Of a stretch of DNA of 64,000 nt, positions 30,073-38,640 are shown in pieces. The stretch is from Bryobacterales bacterium (GTDB lineage Bacteria; Acidobacteriota; Terriglobia; Bryobacterales; UBA6623), in assembly GCA_963422375.2 (NCBI GenBank), contig OY729428.2, positions 1,184,001 through 1,248,000 of the forward strand, in the 5' to 3' direction. Position 1 is the first letter of the stretch; each line of letters begins with the position of its first letter. The notes below the pieces were generated by a model. That model did not search any database, was not told where the DNA came from, and worked only from the letters and a program-made list of their open reading frames with translations. The position numbers and the translations under genes are program-made.

Positions 30073-31818
30073 ATGCTCACCAAGGTCACGGTCCGGAACT
30101 TCAAGCGATTCGATCTGGTCGAGGTGGAGCTGGGCAATCCCGTCGTCTTTCTCGGCCCGAATAACTCGGGCAAATCGACCGTGATGCAGGCGCTTTCCCT
30201 GTGGGAGACCGGCCTCAAGCGCTGGACCGAGAAGCGCGCGCATGCCAAGAACGCCGAAACGCGCCCTGGGGTGACCCTGAACCGCCGGGATCTCGTCTCG
30301 GTCCCGGCCGCGCGAGCGAACCTGCTGTGGAAGAACCTGAGGGTCCGCCAAGCCAGCCATGTTGGCGGGCGCCAGTCCACCGCCAACATCCGCATCGAAA
30401 TCCTCGTCGAGGGAAGGGCGCTCGGGACGGGGTGGTCCTGCGGGCTCGAGTTCGACTACGCGAACGAGGAGTCGTTCTACTGCCGACCGCTGCGAACCGG
30501 AGAGGGACCGGAACCGGCCCGCATGCCGGTGCCCGAGGAGGCCGGTGCGGTGCGCACGGCGTTCCTCGCCCCGATCACGGGGCTCGCACAATCCGAGACG
30601 CTCCTCGCGCCCGGCGCGGTCGATGTGCGGATCGGCCAGGGCCGCATCGACGAAGTGCTGCGCAACCTGTGCTTTCACGTCTTCGAGAGCGATCCGGAGA
30701 GTTGGGACTCCGTGGTCGAGCGGGTCCGCGCCATCTTCGGCGTCGCGCTCGACGCGCCGCTCTTCCTGCCGCAGCGAGGCGAGATCACGATGTCATTCCG
30801 CGAAGCCGGCTGCCGCCTCGACATCTCGTCGGCGGGCCGGGGGCTGCACCAGACGCTCCTGCTCCTAGCGTTCATGCATGCGCGTCCGGGGTCCGTCCTG
30901 CTGCTCGACGAACCGGACGCGCACCTGGAGCCGCTGCGCCAGCGCCAGGCCTACAGAACCGTCCGGGAGGTCGCCGGCGACTGCGGCTGCCAGCTGATCA
31001 TGGCGACGCATTCGGAGGTGCTGCTGAACGAAGCCGCCGACCAAGATCTCGCGCTGGCCTTCGTGGGCAAGCCGCATCGGATCGGCAGGGAATACCGCGA
31101 GCGGGTTTCCCAAGCGCTGCGCGAGATCGGCTTCGAGCACTACCTGCAAGCCGAGCAGACGGGCTGGGTGCTCTATCTGCGCAGCCCGGCCGAGCTCAGC
31201 GCGCTGCAGGCGCTGGCCAGGCGCATCGGTCACGACGAAGCGGCCGCGGCACTCCAGCGGCCGTTCGTACACTACGTTGCCGACTCCCGCGACGCAGTCG
31301 AGCGCCACTTCCAGTCGCTGGTCGGGGTCCTCCCCTCCGTGCGAGGACTGGCGATTCTGGGCGGCCCGCCCGGAGGCGCCGACCGCGAGGGGGCGCTGCC
31401 GGGCCTGACCGACCTCTGGTGGCTTCGCGGCGGGATCGGGGCATACGTCTGCACGAGGTCGGCGCTCGAGTCGTACGCCCTCCGCGAAGGGCGCAAGGAA
31501 GCGGCCGGCCCGCTGTTCGCCGCGGACCAGTCGGAGCGCCGTCTCGCTGCCATGCGGGAGGCGATCAGCGAATCGGGTCCGGCGCTGGAAGTCGAGCGGG
31601 ATTCAACGGGGGCCGCGGCGGACATGCTGGGCACCGTGTTCCGGGTGTACCGCTCGCGATTGCGTGAGGACGAGCGGAGTCCGGCACCGGACGCCTGGGA
31701 TCTCGTAGAGGATCTTCCCGCGACGGAGATCGACGACGAGATCCTCGAGAAGCTGGACGCGGTCGCGACGTTCGCCGCGAGCGCCCCCGGCAGTCCCCGG
31801 GGTGCGAGCGGTCCCTGA
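30073..31818 (+). CDS. ABC-type (AAA_15/AAA_21) ATPase, OLD-nuclease-like architecture with degenerate C-terminal TOPRIM-like region
   Basis: VRNFKRF, GPNNSGKST (Walker A), SSAGRG (signature), LLLDEPDAHL (Walker B/D-loop), ATHSE (H-loop). Confidence 0.8.
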   Translation: MLTKVTVRNFKRFDLVEVELGNPVVFLGPNNSGKSTVMQALSLWETGLKRWTEKRAHAKNAETRPGVTLNRRDLVSVPAARANLLWKNLRVRQASHVGGRQSTANIRIEILVEGRALGTGWSCGLEFDYANEESFYCRPLRTGEGPEPARMPVPEEAGAVRTAFLAPITGLAQSETLLAPGAVDVRIGQGRIDEVLRNLCFHVFESDPESWDSVVERVRAIFGVALDAPLFLPQRGEITMSFREAGCRLDISSAGRGLHQTLLLLAFMHARPGSVLLLDEPDAHLEPLRQRQAYRTVREVAGDCGCQLIMATHSEVLLNEAADQDLALAFVGKPHRIGREYRERVSQALREIGFEHYLQAEQTGWVLYLRSPAELSALQALARRIGHDEAAAALQRPFVHYVADSRDAVERHFQSLVGVLPSVRGLAILGGPPGGADREGALPGLTDLWWLRGGIGAYVCTRSALESYALREGRKEAAGPLFAADQSERRLAAMREAISESGPALEVERDSTGAAADMLGTVFRVYRSRLREDERSPAPDAWDLVEDLPATEIDDEILEKLDAVATFAASAPGSPRGASGP

Positions 31819-31832
31819 CCGCGGCCCGAAGA

Positions 31833-34800
31833 CTAGCTTTCGCTCGGATCTCGCCGGCGAACCGCCTGCTCAATGCGCGCCCGCGCCTTCGGGCTGAGCC
31901 TAGGCATGCCTAGGTTCCGCGCGATCTCGGCGACATTTCCGCGCGCCTTCAAGGCACTGTCGATCGCCAGAATCTCTTCCGGCGCGATGTGCTCGACCTT
32001 CCGCAGCTCGTCGTCGCGACCGACGAACCGGGCCGGAGCCTCGCCGTCCGCGAGTGCTCCCCGCACCCAGTAGAACCTGCCGACGTTCTCCTCGGTCTGA
32101 CGGTACCGGGACATTCCGACGCCAAGGACGGTCTTGCGGATGACTTTCCCCGCTCGGCTGAATTCGTGAAAGCGGGAGACTCTCTGAACCAGGACATTCT
32201 CGTGGACGGGGCCCTCGATCTCGACGACCCGGTCCACGATCTCGCGGAGCGCGGAGCTGTAGCCGGCGCTGTAGAACGCTTCCGGATCGGGTGTCACGTC
32301 GAGGTCGCCAAGGCTCGCCCTGACGTACCGGTGCCCGTCCGCGACCGCCTCCCAGTCTGAGCCTTGCGGCGGGAATCGGACCGCCGCCGGGTCGGTTGCA
32401 TCGGCTGCGTCGTCCGCTCCGGCGGATTCCGCTGGCGCGTCCCGCGAACCTTCGTCGCGGTCTTGCGGTTCCGGCGTTTCGAGAGCCGCCCGCCGGTCGT
32501 CCTCCAGAGCCCCCTCGAGGGACTCGTGCAGTCTCTCGGCCGCGCGGACCTTGTTGGCCCACCAATCGACCGACCATGCGCGGAACAGCGTCCACCCGAG
32601 TTCCCGGAGCACGGAATCGCGGATCTTGTCTCGCTCGCACGCCACGCGCGAACTCTGGTACATTTCGCCGTCGCACTCGATGCCGGCAAGGAACCGCTCG
32701 GGGTGGTCCGGGTGGACCACCCCCAAGTCGATCCGATAGCTGGAGACGCCCACCCGGTGACGGACGGACCATCCTCTTTTTCCTAGCTCGTCGGCAATCG
32801 CGCTCTCGAAAGCGGAACCGGACTCGCGGCCAAATTCGCGCCTCGACGCTCCCATGGCCGCCGGGCCTCGCTCGGCGTACTCCAGGAAATGCTTCAGGTC
32901 CCTGACCGCATTCGCATGGCTCCTGGAGAGGTCGATATCCGCCGGGTCGAGGCTCGAGAACACGATCATCTCGGACCGGGCCCGCGTCATGGCAACGTTC
33001 AGCCGTCGCTCGCTTCCGGTCCGGTTGAGCGGGCCGAAGTTCATCGATACGGTGCCGGACCGGTCCGGTCCGTAGGTGACGCTGAACAGGATGACGTCCC
33101 GCTCGTCCCCCTGCACCGTTTCCAGGTTCTTGACGAAAATCGGCTCGACGAGGTTCTCTCCCGACAGCGCGTCGTCCAGCGTCTGGCTGCCCGCCCGAGC
33201 CCGGTCGAGCAGGTCTTCGATCAGGCCCTGCTGCTCGGAATTGAACGTCACGACCCCGATCGACAGGTCGCGCACGGCCGGATTCCTATGGGTCACCCGC
33301 CGCGCTATCTCCGCTACGACGGCTTCGGCCTCGACTCTGTTGCAGCGCGATCCTCCCCGCTCGTAGACGCCGTTCGAGCGGACCAGGCGCACTCCATGGC
33401 TGGCCAGGCCGGGATGGGGAAACGTCGTCAGGCCGCTGTCGTAGTACCGAGCGTTGGAGAACGCGATGAGTCCCTCCCGGCGGGAGCGGTAATGGAGATT
33501 CAGCTGCCTCGTCGGAATGCCCGCGGCCAGCATCTCGTCGAGAATGCTCTCGAGATCCTCGTCGGTGTCGTAGTCGACGCCCGAGTCGGAGCCCCGCGCG
33601 AAGAACTGGGTCGGGGGCATCTGCTTGGGGTCACCGACGACGATGGCCTGCTTCCCCCGGGCGAGCGAGCCGACGGCTTCCCAAGGCGTGATCTGGGACG
33701 CCTCGTCGAAAATCACCACGTCGAACAGCGCTTGGTCCGCCGACAGGTACTGCGCGATGGAGAGCGGGGACATCATGAAGCAGGGCGCGAGCGCGGTCAC
33801 GGCGGTGGGAGCCTCCTGGAGCAGCTGCCGGACGGGCTTGTGCCGCGTCTTCTTGGCCACTTCCTTCCGGATCACGCCCCACTCGGAGGCGTGTCCCTGC
33901 TGTTCCTTCTCTCGCAGCGCGCTTGCGAGGGCCTGCCTGACCCACCTTGCCGTGAGACTCCGGAACTCGGACTCTGATTCCCGGAAACTCGCGACCTGGG
34001 CCTCGTGCCAAGGCCCGGACAGCGTGCGCAGGACCGAGTCGTTGTCGATGACGGCCGCCGACCACCATGCGTGATACGCGGCCTCGAAGGCGGGCGCCAC
34101 CTCGCCGATGGCGATGCGACCGCTCTCGACAGCGGCCACCAAGGGGTAAAGCCCTGAATCCACCGTCCGGTACTTCGCCGCCAGCCAGCCGCACCAGATC
34201 TTGAGGTCCGCGCTTGCGGCCGCCAAGGCCGCGGCAGCCTGCCTTACGCGGTCCAGCACATCCGGCTTGGATCCGAGCTTGTCGAGCGGCGAAATCCCGG
34301 CGCACTCTTCGAATTCCTCGCTGGCGCGGCGGACCGCATCGAGCGCGTCCCTGCACTGCGATGCGGCCCGCTCCATCGCCTCGCCCGGCCTGAGCTGGCG
34401 ATCGCGGTTCGCGAGGACCTCCCGCACGGCCTCGCGAACCCTCCGCAGCCCGGCGTGCGGCCCCGCGAGTCTCCTCGTGACCTCGCGCAGGCAACGGCCG
34501 TGCTCGCCAGCAGCCCCTGTCACCTCGGGATCGGTATCGTGGCCCTGCCAGAACGGTAGGGGCCGTAGCGTGCTGTCCAGCCCGTCGATGGCCCTGCCTT
34601 CCGTCCGCAGTACGGCGAGCGTCTTGGCGTCGCAGGGAACGTCGGGCTTCCCCAGCGCACCGAGCCTCCGCATCTCGCGCTTGATGCGCCCGCGCTCGAA
34701 GGCCCTCCCGGGCCAGAGCCTCGCGTTGGCCTCCGTCCAGCGCTCGGCGATCTCCCGGCCATCCAATCTGCGCCACGCGAACGCTGCGTAGGTGCAGCTC

Positions 34801-37748
34801 AGCGAGCTATGCGCAGCCGCGTACGTCCTCAAGCGGATCGTGGCCTCGTCGAGCGCTTCGACGAGTCCCTGTCCACCGGACGTCAGCGCGTAAGATCCCG
34901 GCTTGCCGTGGGATGTGACAAGCAGTTCCGCTAGTTCGCCCAACGAACGAAGCCGCGACGAAGTGCGATCCGGCAGGACCAAGCGAATGGCCTCGCCGAA
35001 CGAGTCGCAAGCGAGATTCGCATCGAGGGCGGCCTGCTCGAGTCGCTCGGCGCGCTCGACCAGCGTGCGCTGCCAGCCGGGGCTCCATTCGTGATGCGTG
35101 ACCAACCCAAGAGGGCTTGCGGGGATCTGGCCGACACTCTCGCCGAAGACGTGCAGGCGGCCAACCAAGGTGCGCAGCGCTTCGAGGTCCGCCCCGTCGT
35201 GCTGGTCGGCGGAGGGCCAAGAGAGACTGAACTTGGATGCAAGCTCCTCGTCGCGAATCTTGATCCCCATCGCTAGGAACGGGGTCAGCCCGCTGCGGCC
35301 TGCGGTATGCAGATGCGCGACAACTTCGTTGAGGTGGTCGCGTCGTTTTCGAAGCGCGTCCGCGCGAGCGGTCCAATCGCTGGCCGCTTCCGCTTCCCTC
35401 GATTCAAGCACCCTGCTGAGTTGGTTCAAGACATCGGTTTTTCTCGCCTTGTTGGAATGCAGCTCGAGACAGAATTGCCCTATTCCGATCTCCTCCAGCC
35501 TGCGATACACGACTTCCAGCGCCGCCGTTTTCTCCGAGACGAATAGAACAGTCTTTCCCTTGCCGAGGAAATGCGTGATCATGTTGGCGATGGTCTGGCT
35601 CTTGCCCGTGCCGGGCGGGCCGATCACAACGAAGTCCTTCCCGCGGTCGGCCGTCGCGATGGCGGCAAGCTGCGACGAGTCCGCTAGGAGCGGAGCGAGG
35701 AGATCGGAGGGCGCATGCTCTCGGTCGACGTCCTGAGGCTCGACAAACTGGACAGCGGACGGGAAGGGCTCCCCGGGGCAGTCGATCAGGTGGCGCACGA
35801 CAGCGTTGCGACGGAGGGAGTCGGCGCGGTCGGCGAGATCCTTCCACATCAGGTATTTCGCGAACGAGAAGTTCCCGAGAACGACCTCGTCGACCACGGT
35901 GAATCCAGGAACATCCTTGAGCGCTATCCGCGCGTCTCTCAAGACGCGCTCGACATCGCCGCCGTCGGCTGCCGACATAAGCTTCCCGGAGACCGCGGCC
36001 AGGTCCACCCCGAAATCCCTTCGGAGCATCTCTACCAACGTCGGGTTGAAGCGCGGCTCGTCGTCGTGGGCCGCGATTCGGAATGCGCTGCGGACGGAGG
36101 TCCTCCGCATGGTCACGGGGACCAGGACCAGCGGGGCCCGGTATCGGCGGCGGTCTCTGGTGTTCCTGTTCCAGAGCAGGAAGCCGAGAGCGAGGAAGAG
36201 AGTGTTGGAACCGCCCTCGAGCAGCGAACTCCGGGCGGCGCGGTACACGGTCACGGCGCGGGCCTTCAGCTCGTCCGGCGGAAGATGGACGACCGCCCGG
36301 CCCTGCGCCAGCTCGCTGCGGGCGTACTCCCGGAAGATCGACTCCCCCGTCCTGTCGCGATGGATCTCCTCGTCCTGCCCGGTCGCCGGCAAGGGCTTGA
36401 GCCTGATCCGCCCTCCGCTGGTCAGAACGGCCGCTAGGCGGCCCGGTTCGTCGCAGACAAGCTGCAGGCTGGACTTGGCCGCCCGGTGGTTCAGCAGGCG
36501 GTTGGCGAGCGTCAGGTCGAGCAGCTTCCTGTGCCACTGCTCCAGCCGGCCGACAGGAGCCTGCGAAGTCCCGTCAACGCGCTCCGGGCCGTCGAAGTCC
36601 GGAAGAGCCGGGGCCTCCTCGAAGGCATCCGCAGCGGACGGCGGGACGGGGGGCGGTTGCGGCACCCGCGACTCCAGCGTCAGCCCCAAGGGCGTGATGC
36701 GATGAGCCCTCGCCCTGCTGATATCGACAGCGACGAGATGCGTCTCTTCCGAATCCGGGCCGTACTTGAGCAGCGCCTCCTCGCACGCCTTGGAGAACGG
36801 AGGCGCGGGCGCCGAAGTCACGAGCGTGGTCTCCACGAGCAGCAATTCGTCGAGGTCGACGCGCTTCCGCACCGCGTCCTGCTCGTCGACGACGATCGAC
36901 GCGAAGGAGGCGGGCTGGAGCCAGACTCCCGCCAGCGCGTGGCCCTTGCGCCACGCGATGATCGGATGGAGACCGGCCTGCTCGCATGTCGCTGCGAAGA
37001 GCACGGCGAGATCGAGGCAGGTGCCCACGCCTCCTTCCGCGATCCGGCTGGGGAAGCGTATCTTCTGGCCGTCTCGTTCGAAGCTGGCGGGAGGCAGGAC
37101 ATAGGCGAGCCCGAGCCCGGCAATTGCGGAGTAGATCGCGGACGCGATCTCCCAGACGTGTCGGCGGTTGCCGGTCTCGTATCCGTCGACCGGGCCCTTG
37201 CCCGCCTCGCGGAGGGTCTCGCCCGCGCTGCGAAGGATGCGATCGATTGCCGGGTCGTTGGGCATCACGAACGCGGCCAGCAGTTCCGGCATGAAGCCCC
37301 CGCCTCCCCATTCGTTGCACGCGAGCAACTCCACCTGCCGCGACCACTCGCCCAGCACCGCGCCGTCGCTCCCGGCGCGGAAAGTAACGGTGCCTCGAAG
37401 CGACTCGGCAAGGTCGCGCAGCAGCGCGCCGTCAACCGCGAGGTCGCGGCCACGGACCGTCACCCCCTGCAGAGGCTCGATCCGGTCCAGGAGCCATTCC
37501 TTCCGGCGCACGAACGGCGGATTGGCTTCGAGCGTCAGGGTCAGCCCGTCGATCGCATCGTGCGCCTGCAGATTCTCGACGGCTAGATCGCGGACCAGAG
37601 GATGAGCGCACTGATGTGCAGCGAAATTCAGTTTCGCCGCCAGCTCCGCGTGAATTCTTACCTTGCCTCCGCCTTCGAGCACGATTGCTTCCTCGGAATT
37701 CGCTCCAGAGCCGAATTCCATGCTGGCATACCGCGATCCGCTGGTCAA
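31833..37748 (-). CDS. DUF4011 / SF1 (Dna2/Upf1-like) helicase / Vsr-like nuclease / DUF3320 multidomain protein (Hhe-like)
   Basis: WHRKLLDLTLANRLLN (DUF4011), GPPGTGKSQT, LELHS, DEASQI, GDPKQMPP, HYRS, VQGDERD, RRLNVAMTRAR, RIDLGV...IECDG...LGW...DWW, IEGPVH. Start may be 37721. Confidence 0.9.
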   Translation of the reverse strand: MTSGSRYASMEFGSGANSEEAIVLEGGGKVRIHAELAAKLNFAAHQCAHPLVRDLAVENLQAHDAIDGLTLTLEANPPFVRRKEWLLDRIEPLQGVTVRGRDLAVDGALLRDLAESLRGTVTFRAGSDGAVLGEWSRQVELLACNEWGGGGFMPELLAAFVMPNDPAIDRILRSAGETLREAGKGPVDGYETGNRRHVWEIASAIYSAIAGLGLAYVLPPASFERDGQKIRFPSRIAEGGVGTCLDLAVLFAATCEQAGLHPIIAWRKGHALAGVWLQPASFASIVVDEQDAVRKRVDLDELLLVETTLVTSAPAPPFSKACEEALLKYGPDSEETHLVAVDISRARAHRITPLGLTLESRVPQPPPVPPSAADAFEEAPALPDFDGPERVDGTSQAPVGRLEQWHRKLLDLTLANRLLNHRAAKSSLQLVCDEPGRLAAVLTSGGRIRLKPLPATGQDEEIHRDRTGESIFREYARSELAQGRAVVHLPPDELKARAVTVYRAARSSLLEGGSNTLFLALGFLLWNRNTRDRRRYRAPLVLVPVTMRRTSVRSAFRIAAHDDEPRFNPTLVEMLRRDFGVDLAAVSGKLMSAADGGDVERVLRDARIALKDVPGFTVVDEVVLGNFSFAKYLMWKDLADRADSLRRNAVVRHLIDCPGEPFPSAVQFVEPQDVDREHAPSDLLAPLLADSSQLAAIATADRGKDFVVIGPPGTGKSQTIANMITHFLGKGKTVLFVSEKTAALEVVYRRLEEIGIGQFCLELHSNKARKTDVLNQLSRVLESREAEAASDWTARADALRKRRDHLNEVVAHLHTAGRSGLTPFLAMGIKIRDEELASKFSLSWPSADQHDGADLEALRTLVGRLHVFGESVGQIPASPLGLVTHHEWSPGWQRTLVERAERLEQAALDANLACDSFGEAIRLVLPDRTSSRLRSLGELAELLVTSHGKPGSYALTSGGQGLVEALDEATIRLRTYAAAHSSLSCTYAAFAWRRLDGREIAERWTEANARLWPGRAFERGRIKREMRRLGALGKPDVPCDAKTLAVLRTEGRAIDGLDSTLRPLPFWQGHDTDPEVTGAAGEHGRCLREVTRRLAGPHAGLRRVREAVREVLANRDRQLRPGEAMERAASQCRDALDAVRRASEEFEECAGISPLDKLGSKPDVLDRVRQAAAALAAASADLKIWCGWLAAKYRTVDSGLYPLVAAVESGRIAIGEVAPAFEAAYHAWWSAAVIDNDSVLRTLSGPWHEAQVASFRESESEFRSLTARWVRQALASALREKEQQGHASEWGVIRKEVAKKTRHKPVRQLLQEAPTAVTALAPCFMMSPLSIAQYLSADQALFDVVIFDEASQITPWEAVGSLARGKQAIVVGDPKQMPPTQFFARGSDSGVDYDTDEDLESILDEMLAAGIPTRQLNLHYRSRREGLIAFSNARYYDSGLTTFPHPGLASHGVRLVRSNGVYERGGSRCNRVEAEAVVAEIARRVTHRNPAVRDLSIGVVTFNSEQQGLIEDLLDRARAGSQTLDDALSGENLVEPIFVKNLETVQGDERDVILFSVTYGPDRSGTVSMNFGPLNRTGSERRLNVAMTRARSEMIVFSSLDPADIDLSRSHANAVRDLKHFLEYAERGPAAMGASRREFGRESGSAFESAIADELGKRGWSVRHRVGVSSYRIDLGVVHPDHPERFLAGIECDGEMYQSSRVACERDKIRDSVLRELGWTLFRAWSVDWWANKVRAAERLHESLEGALEDDRRAALETPEPQDRDEGSRDAPAESAGADDAADATDPAAVRFPPQGSDWEAVADGHRYVRASLGDLDVTPDPEAFYSAGYSSALREIVDRVVEIEGPVHENVLVQRVSRFHEFSRAGKVIRKTVLGVGMSRYRQTEENVGRFYWVRGALADGEAPARFVGRDDELRKVEHIAPEEILAIDSALKARGNVAEIARNLGMPRLSPKARARIEQAVRRRDPSES

Positions 37749-38640
37749 TGCGGCCGATTTCGGCGGGCGTCTTGCCGGATCGCCTCCGGACTCAGCGCAG
37801 TTCCCGCAGGAACGGTAGGATTACTGCGACAGGAGTTTCAAGAGCCTGCTTGTTGCTGCCTGCAGGCGTTCTTCTCAGACGAATCCACCGGACTGAGGCA
37901 CCGGAACAAGCCGGAAATTACCGCCTGATCACTACGCAAGAAGGAAGCGTGTCAATCACCTAGAGTTCGCAAACCGGCGTGTCTCCGGCACGATATCTGA
38001 GCCAAGTCATGGTTAGGTTCTTCGGATAGGTCGACCAAGCCTTCGGGAATCGAGCCGCTCTAGGGATGTCTCTTGCAAGGAATCCAAGAATAATTCCCTG
38101 GGAAATTCCTCGTAGTATGGCTGCTCTCACTTCGCTGATGTCAGTGATCCAAGATCTGTTGAATTGTCGGTCCGCAATGCTGGAATTCAATCAACCCATT
38201 GCAAGCTTGTCGTGTCACCTCGATTTAGCAGATTCCACCCGTATCTTGTGCGCACCAAGCGGGCTTCGGCCCTTCGCCGACCGAGCGTTCTCCGGGGCGT
38301 CGTTCCCAAGTCGCGGCTGACACTGATTCCATGAGCGCGAGGCCGGTGGTCGGAGGCTTGCCTACCCAGCAGGTGCCCGCGCCCGGGTCCGGTCGGAGGC
38401 TGGTCTCGCGCATCTTGCAGGCAGCGATCATCCCGCGGGCCAGCGGGGATCCGGGGCTCACCCGTTTTCCGGCACGTGTGATTGGCCGAGGCCCGCGTCG
38501 CTTGCGGACGCAGGCCGCGACCGCCACTCGGGCTGTTGCCCGTCCGAGCGACGGTCCAGTACGCACCGGCTGGTCAGCGAATGCCGACCCGCCGACAGCC
38601 GCGCCCGGCGGGAGCGGCTCGTGACATGCGTCACCCCCGT

